From: Kiritimatiellia bacterium
Lineage (GTDB): Bacteria > Verrucomicrobiota > Kiritimatiellia > RFP12 > UBA1067
Assembly: GCA_050949565.1 (NCBI GenBank)
Contig: JBMNFY010000017.1
Location: 960,001-1,024,000 of the forward strand
Reading direction: 5' to 3'
Length of the DNA: 64,000 nt
Below are positions 9,107 through 18,637 of this stretch, piece after piece (within the stretch, counting starts at the first letter, position 1; every line of letters starts with the position of its first letter). Under the pieces are notes generated by a model. That model searched no databases. It was not told where the DNA came from and saw nothing but the letters and a program-made list of their open reading frames with translations. The translations under genes and the position numbers were made by a program.

Positions 9107-10582
9107 ATGCGCCAGATGTCCCTCCCAGATGTCCTGCGCGAGAAACTCGCCGCCCTCCCCGACAAACCGGGATGCTATCTGATGCGCGACCGCAGGGGCA
9201 CGATCATCTACGTCGGCAAGGCCATCTCGTTGCGCAAGCGCGTGCAGAGTTATTTCCGTCCCTCGACACTGCGTAACGCCCCGCCCAAACTGCGCAGCAT
9301 GGTCCACAGCGTGGCCGACCTCGAAACCATCACCGTGCGCAACGAGGCCGAAGCGCTGCTGATGGAAAGCAACCTGATCAAACAGTACCGTCCGCGCTTC
9401 AACATTGTCTTGCGTGACGACAAACGCTACCTCGCCCTGCGCGCCGATCCGCGCGACCCCGTGCCGCGCCTGACCACCTGCCGCATCCTGCGGGATGACG
9501 GCGCGCTCTATTTCGGGCCTTTTCCCTCTGCTGCAGTCGTCCGCACGGTTCTCGACTTCACCGAGAAGCGCTACGGCCTGCGCAAGTGTACGCCGATCCA
9601 ACCGGACGCCGAGACCTACCACCACTGCATCAACGACATCATCCGCTTCTGCTCCGCGCCCTGCATCGGCCGCATCTCCCCTGCCGAATACCGCAGCCGC
9701 TTCGACGAAGCGTGCGCCTTCCTGCGCGGCGAACGGCTCGACGTGATTGAAGAGGTTAAAGCGCGCATGCAGGAGGCGGCCGACGAACACGAATTTGAAA
9801 AAGCCGCCGCCCTGCGCGACACTTGGATCGCCCTGCGCGAGATGGTCAAGCAGCGCGTGCGTGTTGTCGCCACCCCCGAGATGCACGCGGCGGACGCACG
9901 CGCCGGTATCTGCGGCCTGCAAAAGCTGATCGGTCTCCCTGCGCTGCCCACCCTGATCGAGGGCTTCGACATCTCCAACCTTTTCGGCACCCAATCGGTG
10001 GCCAGCATGGTTGCCGCGGTCGACGGTCTGCCCGACCGCCGCCTCTACCGCCGCTTCCGCATCCGCACCGTCGAAGGCGCCGACGACCCGCGTTCCATCG
10101 CCGAGGTCATCGACCGCCGCTACACCCGTGTGCGCGACGAAGGCAAGCCGCTGCCCGGCTTGATCCTGATCGACGGCGGCATCACCCAACTCCGCGCCGC
10201 GCGCGAGGCACTCGCCCGCCTCGGCCTCAGCCAAGTGCCCGCCGTCGGCCTCGCCGAAGAGATGGAAGAGATCGTGCTTGATGACGGTCGCCCGCCGCTC
10301 CTGCTCCCCCGCGACTCAGACGCACTGCGCGTCCTCACCCGCCTGCGCGACGAAGCCCACCGCTTCGCGCTCAGCTACCACCGCCGTCTGCGCAACCGCC
10401 TCATCCGCGAATCCGTGCTCGACGATATCCCCGGCATCGGCCCCGCCAAAAAGGCGCTACTGCTCAAGCGCTTCGGCTCCGTCTACCGCCTTGCCCGCGC
10501 CACCGCCGAAGAGATCCAGACCGTCCCCGGTATCGACCGCGTCATGGCCGAAGCCGTCCTCAGAGCAGTGAAGCCAGGCTGA
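9107..10582 (+). CDS. uvrC: Excinuclease ABC subunit C
   Basis: GIY-YIG (PGCYLM..IIYVGKA), EGFDISN, IDGG, RDEAHRFA, HhH GIG. Confidence 0.95.
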   Translation: MRQMSLPDVLREKLAALPDKPGCYLMRDRRGTIIYVGKAISLRKRVQSYFRPSTLRNAPPKLRSMVHSVADLETITVRNEAEALLMESNLIKQYRPRFNIVLRDDKRYLALRADPRDPVPRLTTCRILRDDGALYFGPFPSAAVVRTVLDFTEKRYGLRKCTPIQPDAETYHHCINDIIRFCSAPCIGRISPAEYRSRFDEACAFLRGERLDVIEEVKARMQEAADEHEFEKAAALRDTWIALREMVKQRVRVVATPEMHAADARAGICGLQKLIGLPALPTLIEGFDISNLFGTQSVASMVAAVDGLPDRRLYRRFRIRTVEGADDPRSIAEVIDRRYTRVRDEGKPLPGLILIDGGITQLRAAREALARLGLSQVPAVGLAEEMEEIVLDDGRPPLLLPRDSDALRVLTRLRDEAHRFALSYHRRLRNRLIRESVLDDIPGIGPAKKALLLKRFGSVYRLARATAEEIQTVPGIDRVMAEAVLRAVKPG

Positions 10583-10894
10583 GCGTTCTTGGTTTCAGGC
10601 TGCATGCAGTGCTCGGGATTTTTAACGCAGAGGCGCAGAGACGCAGAGATTTTTTTGGGGGAGCCGGCCTTGCGGGTACTGCGGGTGTGAGCGGCGTGGG
10701 ACGCCGCCGGGTGGAAGGCCGGTGCGGAGTGGCACCCGTAGTACCCGCAGAACCGGCAGGATCGGCAGTGCCGGGAAGCCTTTCTCCTAAAAACGGCAGT
10801 TGGGCGTACGGATTTTGAGCAAAGCCGCGTAAACATTGGCTTTCATCGCGATCCTCGCCGCACCTATTTGGTGCAGAACGCAATTTCTGATTGG

Positions 10895-11085
10895 AACCAC
10901 GGAACACACTAAACACACGGAAACAGAGCCATGCCTTTCCGTGTGTTCGGTGTGTTCCGTGGTTAAACAATCGATCCCGATAGCGATCCCGATCCCGATT
11001 TGGATGAAACCTTGAAACCATGAAACCTTGAAACCTTGAAACCAGAAACCAAAGAGAGTTGACGGTTCAACTGCTCTTTTTAGGT
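10895..11085 (+). repeat. ~190-bp composite repeat (long hairpin + ATCCCG hexamers + GAAACCWT octamers + terminator-like hairpin), copy A
   Basis: Near-identical copies at 18376-18541 (+) and 44378-44564 (-). Confidence 0.9.
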
Positions 11086-11119
11086 TTCTATGTCACGCCC
11101 TTTCAGAAATACCTGTCCC

Positions 11120-13594
11120 TTAGTTGTCTCTCTCTTTCGCCAGCGCGTGCAGCGTGGCGCGATCCACGGCGTCGGCGGCTTCGCGCTTGGCCATAGCGCG
11201 GCGGTGCTTCTCCCACTCCTCTGGAGACCAGGCGGCGGCTTCGGTATAGTCCGCGCAGAAGGGCACGCCGAGATCGACCCAGAGCGCGAGGCGCGCGAGA
11301 TCGTCCGGCTTCAAGGTCTTGCAGTGTCCTTTGTCCAGCCTCTCGTTGAAGAGCTTGCTGGTGGCCGAGCCTGCCGAGCGCGGCGGCTGGATGGGCGGCG
11401 CCGATGCAGCCGAGACCCAGTTGAGTATCGCATGATCGGGGACGCCGCGCCAACGCGCGGGCGGCTCCTTCTGATCGGGCCGGGCGTGCGTCAGCGTGAG
11501 GTAGGCGCGCGTCCAATGACGCTTGGCAGCGGGATCGGTAACGACCGTCGCGGTCAAGTCAGGTCGATCGGGCCGACCGTCGTGACAGCCGGCACAATGG
11601 GTGTTGAGGATCGGCTGAATCTCTTTCAGGAAACTGAAACCGCGGCGCGGTCCAAAGATCGGCGCCAACTGACGGGGACCAGCGGCGAGCGCGCGTGTCG
11701 GACGCGCTGAGGCAAGCGGCACGCTGTTTTTGGATTCGTGACAGCCCACGCACGAGGCGTTCTCGCCCGGTTGCAACGAGGTCCAACTTCGCATCGTCTG
11801 CACCATGCGCCCTTTGTCGTCGAGCAGCATAAAGTAGAGCGGGGTACGCGCTTCAGTCGTGAAGAAAACCGAGCCGTCCGCATACACCGGAGCATCACCG
11901 ATCAAAATTTTGGGGTCCCAGGCGCCGTTGCCCACGGAGGGCGGTGTCGAGATCAACGCCCCGCCCCCCGGTCCGCCGTTGCCGTTGCTACCGATGCCCG
12001 CGGCACGGTAGTCGAGGCCGATGACACGCAATGTCCTGACCGTGCCGCGCGCCACGCCCTCCATGGCCGGGCCTGCATAAACATCCTGTACGTAGAAAGT
12101 GCCGGTCGGCCGGGCATAATCCACGAAGCTCGGGCGCGCTGGCGGGCGCGGACGTGGACGCAACGGTACCGAACGACCGCAGGCCAGTCCGCGACGCGAA
12201 ACCAGCAGCTCGCGCTGACCATCGATGTCCATCCAGTATATACCGAAGCCGGTCATGCGGTTCTCATGGCGCTTGCCATCGACCCGCGTCCAGCCGTCGG
12301 GATTGTAGGTCACCAGCAACGTACGTTCGTCGATCGGATAGGGATAGGCGAAGAGATCGGCCTCCTGTCCGTAAGCATCGATGACCACCGACTTCGTGGG
12401 GCGCACCGGCGCGACGCGCGTGACGCCCTCCGCCTCTTGACGCCCGCGCGTCGGGTCGATCAGGATCAACTCTCCAGGCTGGCGCGAGTGGTGGCCGGTG
12501 GCAATCGCAAAAATCTTGCTGCTGCCCGGAACACCGCGCGCATGGATAATGGTGGTCGGGAACCAAGAGTTTTCACCGTAGACCGCGCTCTGTTGCGTGC
12601 CGTCGAGCTGCATCTGAAAGAGTGGTTGGGGATACATCTGCGAGCGGTCGTTGTACTCCCAGCGCGTGTAGAGCACGCGGCCGTCCGAGGTGACCGAGGG
12701 ATAGTTCAGGTGGACTTGGTCAAAGGTCAGCCGCAGGATATTCTGGCCGTCGCGATCGCAACGGTAGAGGTTGCTGACCTCGGTCCACCAGCAGTCGACG
12801 ATCTGCATGCAGCGCGTGGAGTTGAAGAGAATGCGGCCGTCCGGCAGATAGCATCCTTCGTAATCGGCGATTCCGAGTCCTTCAGTCAGCGGACGGATCT
12901 CGCGCGTGGCGGCGTCCATCTCGTACAGGTGGTAATCATCGCCGCGGTCAGAGCGTTTGAGAGAAAAGAGAATGGCGCGACCGTCATAATCCACATCCGC
13001 ATCACGGATCACCCCCTCCTTCGTCTCGGTGAGCACCGTCTCATGCCAAAGGCCATCACGCCATTCTGCGAGGCAGAGCTGGCCGCCTGCCCGGAAATTG
13101 CGCTCCGCCTGAGCGTCGGAGAGCGCCTCGGTATAGGCATAGTGCGAACCGCCCATCACAAAATGGCGCGCATAGACCAGACGCGGGAACTCAGCCTTGA
13201 CGCGGGCCAAGCGACGGGCGCGGCGCTGCTTGCAAGCGGAGCGGTAGGCAGCGAGTGCAGCTCCGTAATCGGCCGACCCAACTTCCTCGGACGGCTTACC
13301 GGTGGCAGCAGCGACGGCCAACAAAAAACGTGTGCGCCCATCGACACTCTCCAAGAGTTTCGGCCCCGTGATCGTAAGGTCTTGACACAGCCAGTCGGCC
13401 AGCACCTCGTCGTGCGCTTCGACGGCGCGCCAGAGTGCCTGCGGGGTTTGGCGTTCAGCCTCCGTCGCGTCGCGGCCCATCAGGACTGCAGCCAGAGCCA
13501 GACCGTCCGGTGTAATCCCCGACTCACCCCACGCGAACAGCGCGGCCAATCCCCAAATGACAACGCATACGACTCCCCCGATGCGATACTGCAT
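11120..13594 (-). CDS. HzsA-like (hydrazine synthase alpha middle domain) beta-propeller protein with two heme c motifs
   Basis: YTRWEYND, TolB-like repeats, LQPGENASCVGCHE and CAGCH; RBS GGGGAGG before ATG 13594. Confidence 0.8.
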   Translation of the reverse strand: MQYRIGGVVCVVIWGLAALFAWGESGITPDGLALAAVLMGRDATEAERQTPQALWRAVEAHDEVLADWLCQDLTITGPKLLESVDGRTRFLLAVAAATGKPSEEVGSADYGAALAAYRSACKQRRARRLARVKAEFPRLVYARHFVMGGSHYAYTEALSDAQAERNFRAGGQLCLAEWRDGLWHETVLTETKEGVIRDADVDYDGRAILFSLKRSDRGDDYHLYEMDAATREIRPLTEGLGIADYEGCYLPDGRILFNSTRCMQIVDCWWTEVSNLYRCDRDGQNILRLTFDQVHLNYPSVTSDGRVLYTRWEYNDRSQMYPQPLFQMQLDGTQQSAVYGENSWFPTTIIHARGVPGSSKIFAIATGHHSRQPGELILIDPTRGRQEAEGVTRVAPVRPTKSVVIDAYGQEADLFAYPYPIDERTLLVTYNPDGWTRVDGKRHENRMTGFGIYWMDIDGQRELLVSRRGLACGRSVPLRPRPRPPARPSFVDYARPTGTFYVQDVYAGPAMEGVARGTVRTLRVIGLDYRAAGIGSNGNGGPGGGALISTPPSVGNGAWDPKILIGDAPVYADGSVFFTTEARTPLYFMLLDDKGRMVQTMRSWTSLQPGENASCVGCHESKNSVPLASARPTRALAAGPRQLAPIFGPRRGFSFLKEIQPILNTHCAGCHDGRPDRPDLTATVVTDPAAKRHWTRAYLTLTHARPDQKEPPARWRGVPDHAILNWVSAASAPPIQPPRSAGSATSKLFNERLDKGHCKTLKPDDLARLALWVDLGVPFCADYTEAAAWSPEEWEKHRRAMAKREAADAVDRATLHALAKERDN

Positions 13595-13717
13595 GGCACT
13601 TCCTCCCCGTAGTGTGACCCACACCACCTCCACACCATAGCGAATAGCGGGCCGCGCCGCAAGTCGGGTTTCAATTTCCATTTGCGCATGGCACATGGGT
13701 TTCAGTATCATCCCTCC

Positions 13718-14029
13718 ATGAAAAACATCTTTATCTTGCTGGTGATGTTGTTCGGGCTCGCGGCGGGTTGCCGTGTGTCGGACGTTCGTGAGATGGAGGT
13801 CCGGGTACCGGCAATGGCTAGCGACGCGGATGTGCAAAAGATCCGCTCGGCCTTGTCGCATCTCGGCGGCATCAACATGGAGAAACTGGAGTTCGATACG
13901 GCCGGACGCACGATCAAGGTACGATATGAGTCCATGGTGGTTGCTCACAAAAATATCGAAATCGCGATCGCTGAAGCCGGGTACGACGCGAACGACATCA
14001 AAGCCATTCCGCCCGCGCCCGCACGGTAA
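13718..14029 (+). CDS. HMA-fold (heavy-metal-associated-like) lipoprotein
   Basis: Lipobox LAAGC; VRVPAM...IAEAGY HMA pattern but no CxxC. Confidence 0.7.
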   Translation: MKNIFILLVMLFGLAAGCRVSDVREMEVRVPAMASDADVQKIRSALSHLGGINMEKLEFDTAGRTIKVRYESMVVAHKNIEIAIAEAGYDANDIKAIPPAPAR

Positions 14030-14040
14030 CGTGACACGGC

Positions 14041-14934
14041 ATGCGCGCGCAGGTCGAACAATTTCTGGATCACATCGCGTATGAGCGCGGACTCTCCGAA
14101 AACACGCGCGCGGCGTATGCCACGGACTTAGCATCCTTCATCGCGTTTCTGGAAAAGGGCGGAAAGGCAACCACATTCGCGGCGGTCACGCGCAGTCATG
14201 TGGCCGCTTTTCTAGACCAGCAACGGAAGCAAGGGTTTCGCGCGTCGACGCGCGCACGGCGTCTGGTCGCCATCAAAGTGCTGTTTGCCTTTCTTGCCGA
14301 TGAAGGTGTCATTCCAGCGGACATCGCGGCCTTGATGAACGCGCCACCGAAAGGACGTACGCTCCCGCGCACTCTGAGCGAAGAGGAAGTCGCGAGCCTG
14401 CTGGCCGCGATCGACGGCGACGCGCCGCTGACCGTGCGCGACCGTAGCATGCTCGAACTTTTTTATGCGTGCGGGTTGCGTGTGTCCGAAGTGGCGTCGC
14501 TGCGGCTCAGCGATGTGCGGCTCGATGATGCCGTGATCGCGTGTGTCGGTAAAGGCAACAAGCAGCGTTTGGTTCCTTTGGGCGCGGTGGCCGAAGCATG
14601 GCTGCGCCGTTATCTGGCCGAATCCCGCCCGCGATTGGCGCGGGGCAACACGACGCAAAGCACGTTGTATCTGACGGTGCGCGGTGCGCCATTCACGCGC
14701 CAGGGCATCTTCGCGATGCTACGTAAACGCGCGGGAGAAGCGGCGCTTGCGCGTTCCGTCTCGCCCCATGTTTTGCGCCACTGCTTTGCCAGTCATCTGC
14801 TTGCACACGGTGCGCAAATCCGCGCGATACAAGAGATGCTCGGCCATGCCGACATCGCCACCACGCAGGTCTACACGCATGTCGACGACGGTCAAGCACG
14901 TGCGACACACGCCCGATTCCACCCGCGCGCATAA
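14041..14934 (+). CDS. xerD: Site-specific tyrosine recombinase XerD
   Basis: ERGLSENT, GLRVSE, GKGNKQR, SPHVLRHCFASHLL, LGHADIATTQVYTHV. Confidence 0.9.
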   Translation: MRAQVEQFLDHIAYERGLSENTRAAYATDLASFIAFLEKGGKATTFAAVTRSHVAAFLDQQRKQGFRASTRARRLVAIKVLFAFLADEGVIPADIAALMNAPPKGRTLPRTLSEEEVASLLAAIDGDAPLTVRDRSMLELFYACGLRVSEVASLRLSDVRLDDAVIACVGKGNKQRLVPLGAVAEAWLRRYLAESRPRLARGNTTQSTLYLTVRGAPFTRQGIFAMLRKRAGEAALARSVSPHVLRHCFASHLLAHGAQIRAIQEMLGHADIATTQVYTHVDDGQARATHARFHPRA

Positions 14935-15096
14935 CTGGCAAGTAGGAGTTAAGATTTAGGATTTAGGAGTTCCGCTTATTACTTTTTACCCATTACTTAT
15001 TACTTTCTTTGTTTTTGGGATTGATTATTCAGAAAAAAAGACTATGGTTTGTTGCGTTGTGGGGTTGGTTCCCCTGCGAAAACAAGGAGTAAACTT

Positions 15097-15396
15097 ATGG
15101 CTAAGAAGGCAACGCCGAGAACAAAAAGCGAAATCATGACCGCCCTCGCTGAGGCTGGTGAGATCACCAAGAAGCAGGCTAGCGCGATCTATGACACGCT
15201 GCTCTCAATCGCCTACGCTGGCGCGAAGGATCCGAAGGGCATCATGCTCCCGGGCCTGGGCAAGTTGATCAAGGTCAAGCGCCCCGCGCGCAAAGGCCGC
15301 AACCCCGCCACAGGGGAAGCGATTAAGATCCCGGCAAAGACGGTCGTCAAGTTCCGTCTGGCGAAAGCCGCCAAAGATGCTGTGCTCACCAAATAA
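15097..15396 (+). CDS. hup: HU family DNA-binding protein
   Basis: RPARKGRNPATGEAIKIPAK; RBS AAGGAG. Confidence 0.95.
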   Translation: MAKKATPRTKSEIMTALAEAGEITKKQASAIYDTLLSIAYAGAKDPKGIMLPGLGKLIKVKRPARKGRNPATGEAIKIPAKTVVKFRLAKAAKDAVLTK

Positions 15397-15420
15397 GTGA
15401 CGGATCAGCACTCTCATTTT

Positions 15421-15454
15421 AAAGGTGCCGTGCGCAAGCGCGGCACCTTTTTTT
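15421..15454 (+). terminator. Rho-independent terminator after HU gene
   Basis: AAAGGTGCCG-TGC-GCAA-GCG-CGGCACCTTT followed by a T-run. Confidence 0.85.
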
Positions 15455-15581
15455 GTTTTTGCTTTGCGGCTTTATCCCGCGTCTCTAGGATGATATTATG
15501 GGAAGCGTTTTGAAGGGTGTCTTCGCCCCGCGTGTCGTTGGGGCGTAGTCTGGCACGATGCTATGATGCGGGGGATAAGTA

Positions 15582-16478
15582 ATGATGAAGCGACTTGAGG
15601 AACGAGCGGGTTCTGAATATTTGGTGGCGGACGGCGGGATGGGCACGGAGTTGCAGAGACGCGGACTGGCTCCCGGCGAATGTCCGGAACTCTGGTGTGT
15701 GGAACGGCCAGATCAGGTGCGCGCGGTGTATGCCGCGTACCGCGAGGCGGGCAGCCAGATCGTGGAGACCAACACATTCGGCGGCAGCCGCTATAAACTG
15801 TCGCACTACGGGCTGGCTGATCGGGCGGCAGAGATCAATCGCGCCGGTGTGGCACTGGCCCGCGAAGTGGCCGGCGACAGCCAGTACGTGATGGCGAGCA
15901 TGGGGCCGACTGGCCTTTTCATGGAGCCCTATGGCGACGAGACTGAAGAGAGTTTTTACGCGGCCTTTGCCGAGCAGGCGCGCGCCTTCGAAGAGGGCGG
16001 CGCAGACGCTGTGATCGTCGAGACCATGATGGCGATTGAGGAGTGTTGCGTCGCCGTGCGCGCCGTGCGCGAGACCACCGCGCTGACTTGTCTGGCCAGT
16101 TTTACCTTCGAGCCGCTGCCGGATGGTAGCTTCGCATCGATGATGGGCGTGACACCGGAACAATTCGCCGAGCAGGCGCTAGCCGCAGGTGCGCATATCA
16201 TCGGCGCCAACTGCGGTACCGGACCGGATGCGATGATATCGATCATCCAGCGGCTGCGCAGCGTCACGAGCGCGCCCCTGATCGCAATGCCGAATGCCGG
16301 CATGCCGACGCTCGTGAATGGCGAGACGGTCTTTCTCGAATCACCGGAAGAAATGGCATCGAAGGTCGGGGCACTGATCAAAGCCGGTGCGACAATCATC
16401 GGCGGCTGTTGCGGTACGACGCCTGCCCATATCGCGGCCATGGCGAGCGCGGTTCAAACCTTGCGCCAAGCGGAATAA
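15582..16478 (+). CDS. Homocysteine S-methyltransferase family protein (stand-alone MetH Hcy-binding domain)
   Basis: DGGMGTEL, ETNTFG, GANCG, PNAG, IGGCCGTTP. Confidence 0.9.
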   Translation: MMKRLEERAGSEYLVADGGMGTELQRRGLAPGECPELWCVERPDQVRAVYAAYREAGSQIVETNTFGGSRYKLSHYGLADRAAEINRAGVALAREVAGDSQYVMASMGPTGLFMEPYGDETEESFYAAFAEQARAFEEGGADAVIVETMMAIEECCVAVRAVRETTALTCLASFTFEPLPDGSFASMMGVTPEQFAEQALAAGAHIIGANCGTGPDAMISIIQRLRSVTSAPLIAMPNAGMPTLVNGETVFLESPEEMASKVGALIKAGATIIGGCCGTTPAHIAAMASAVQTLRQAE

Positions 16479-16488
16479 GGAGCGGACG

Positions 16489-17610
16489 ATGTTGTACTGG
16501 ATCGCACCCTATTTGACGAAAGTGTGGGGACCTTTCCGCCTGCTCTCATCGCATCTGATGTTGCTGGCGGCTGGCACCTTGATAGGCGGCCTCGTGGTCT
16601 GGAGTTTCCTGCCGCGGCTGTGGTACCTTTTGCCCACCGACCGTTGCAAGACTTTGGCCGGAGACGGCGGCAAGGCCTCGGCCGGCAAACCGACCGGAGC
16701 CGGCATGTTGATGTCACTGCTGCTGATACCGATCATCATACTTTTCGTGCCCTTCGGCCCTTGGGAGTTCGGCACCGTATTGTGTCTCTATCTCAGCATG
16801 TTGTTCGGTTACCTGGACGACCGCAGTGTCTTACCGTGGGGAGAGCTGAAAAAAGGCCTTCTCGACTTGGTGGTGGCGCTGGGCGCGGCCTACTGCCTCT
16901 ACATGGGGCATGGCTCTTACGTGTGGCTGCCCTTCGTCACACACGCAATTGACATACCGCTGCACTACTACGTGCCGGGCGCGGCGATTCTGCTTTGGCT
17001 TACGATGAACGCCACCAACTGCTCTGACGGCGTGGACGGGCTCGCGGGATCGCTAACGCTGCTCTCACTGTTCTCACTGGCAGGCCTGTTGTACGGCGTG
17101 GTCGGTTATCGGCCGATCGCCGACTACCTCCTGATTCCGCACAATCCGGATGGCGCGCGCTGGGCGATTCTGGTGGCGACGATGGCCGGCTCGCTCGCCG
17201 GTTATCTGTGGCACAATGCCGAGCCGAGCCGCGTGCTGATGGGCGATGCCGGCTCACGTCTGCTGGGCATGCTGGTCGGCGTGGCCGTTCTGGCGGCCGG
17301 TAACCCGTTCTTGATTGTGGTCGTCTCGCCCGTCGTTCTCGTGAATGGCGGCACCGGTCTCGTCAAGCTCGTCCTGCTGCGCATCTTCCGCCGTATCGGC
17401 TTCGACGTGCGTCCGCCGCACACCCTGCCACCCGAAGAAGCATCGCGCCAGAACAGGATGATCAAGGCGTTGCACAGCGTACGCTTCCCGTTGCACGACC
17501 ACTGCCGCAAGAACATGCACTGGAGCAACGCCCAAGTCCTGATGCGGTTCGTCTTGATTCAATCCTTCCTGACGCCGCTCCTCTTCGTCATTCTCATCAA
17601 GATCCGTTAA
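16489..17610 (+). CDS. mraY: Phospho-N-acetylmuramoyl-pentapeptide transferase (MraY-like, GT4)
   Basis: KPTGAG, GYLDD, NATNCSDGVDGL, MGDAGS; multiple TM helices. Confidence 0.75.
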   Translation: MLYWIAPYLTKVWGPFRLLSSHLMLLAAGTLIGGLVVWSFLPRLWYLLPTDRCKTLAGDGGKASAGKPTGAGMLMSLLLIPIIILFVPFGPWEFGTVLCLYLSMLFGYLDDRSVLPWGELKKGLLDLVVALGAAYCLYMGHGSYVWLPFVTHAIDIPLHYYVPGAAILLWLTMNATNCSDGVDGLAGSLTLLSLFSLAGLLYGVVGYRPIADYLLIPHNPDGARWAILVATMAGSLAGYLWHNAEPSRVLMGDAGSRLLGMLVGVAVLAAGNPFLIVVVSPVVLVNGGTGLVKLVLLRIFRRIGFDVRPPHTLPPEEASRQNRMIKALHSVRFPLHDHCRKNMHWSNAQVLMRFVLIQSFLTPLLFVILIKIR

Positions 17611-17645
17611 CCTCAGGCCGCCGGGCGCGGTTGGGAGGGAATTGT

Positions 17646-18350
17646 ATGCCAAGAGCCATTCTCGTCACACTGGGTGCGCGTGACCGCCTGCTGGCGGATG
17701 GTGTCGCCATGCTGGCAGCGCACTGCAACGTGTCCGCCGATGCGGTCATGCGCCTTGACAATCTGGCAGAACACGCGCTGCATCCTGATGATGGCGTGAT
17801 TGCCGCATGTTTTGCGAATGAGACCTCATTTGTGGTAGCCGCATCACGGCCGCGCACGGTACGGGCGCTGCTGACCTTCGTCGGCGTGGCCTGTGATGAT
17901 CTGGACATCGAGTGGCTCGCCCTGCCGTTTGATCGGGAAGCGCTCAAACGTGAGTATGGGGTACCGTGGTATCCGGTCATCGACCGTACCCGGTGCAGCG
18001 GCTGCGGCACCTGCCACGACTACTGCCTCTTCTCAGTCTATGCGCGGGAGCCTCGCGCAACCGCAGCGGAACGCGTGCGCGTTGCGGCACCGCTCAACTG
18101 CAAGACGGGCTGCCCGGCCTGTGCCCGGATCTGTCCGGAAGCCGCATTGATCTTCCCATTCTGCGCCGAAGCAGAATTGAACGGCGAGATCGAAGCCCCG
18201 CAGCGGCGATCGTCTGACGCCCTAGCGGACGTACTGGGCGATGATCCCATGCGTGTGCTGGCAGAGCGCCGCGCTAAAAGAAAACTGATCGACCAAGAAA
18301 AATTCGCCCAAGCCGAAGAAGATCGTATCCGCTACTCAGGTATCCTGTGA
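17646..18350 (+). CDS. 4Fe-4S dicluster ferredoxin-family protein
   Basis: CSGCGTCHDYC and CKTGCPACARICP. Confidence 0.85.
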   Translation: MPRAILVTLGARDRLLADGVAMLAAHCNVSADAVMRLDNLAEHALHPDDGVIAACFANETSFVVAASRPRTVRALLTFVGVACDDLDIEWLALPFDREALKREYGVPWYPVIDRTRCSGCGTCHDYCLFSVYAREPRATAAERVRVAAPLNCKTGCPACARICPEAALIFPFCAEAELNGEIEAPQRRSSDALADVLGDDPMRVLAERRAKRKLIDQEKFAQAEEDRIRYSGIL

Positions 18351-18375
18351 ACAACGCTTTTTGAATCCACAGATT

Positions 18376-18541
18376 ACACACTAAACACACGGAAACAGAG
18401 CCATGCCTTTCCGTGTGTTCGGTGTGTTCCGTGGTTAAACAATCGATCCCGATAGCGATCCCGATCCCGATTTGGATGAAACCATGAAACCTTGAAACCA
18501 GAAACCAAAGAGAGTTGAAGGTTCAACTGCTCTTTTTAGGT
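18376..18541 (+). repeat. ~190-bp composite repeat, copy B
   Basis: Matches 10895-11085 with fewer octamer units. Confidence 0.9.
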
Positions 18542-18637
18542 TTAACCTCGTCTTTTGTGCGCCGCCCTGCCGCCGTACTCCTGCTCAAAAAGCGGCGTCG
18601 CGCGGAATACCGCTTGCCGCCGCATTCCAAATTTTTC

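Noticed and set aside
7549-9165. 538-aa minus-strand ORF and other long shadow ORFs (11738-13612, 36432-38132, 38426-39820, 41050-42768)
   Set aside because: Antisense to well-supported genes; expected in GC-rich DNA; no recognisable motifs
10660-10890. Integrative-element end or structured ncRNA
   Set aside because: Only a 16-bp inverted repeat around a REP-like hairpin; no second copy, recombinase or recognisable RNA family
11120-13594. Evidence for anammox hydrazine synthase
   Set aside because: HzsA-like domain proteins are widespread in non-anammox PVC bacteria; no hzsB/C
14041-14934. Phage or island integrase
   Set aside because: Sequence is canonical XerD among housekeeping genes; no att sites, tRNA or phage genes nearby
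14960-15010. dif site next to xerD
   Set aside because: GTTCCGCTTATTA only loosely resembles a XerC arm and there is no TTATGTTAAAT arm; the region is a heptamer repeat module
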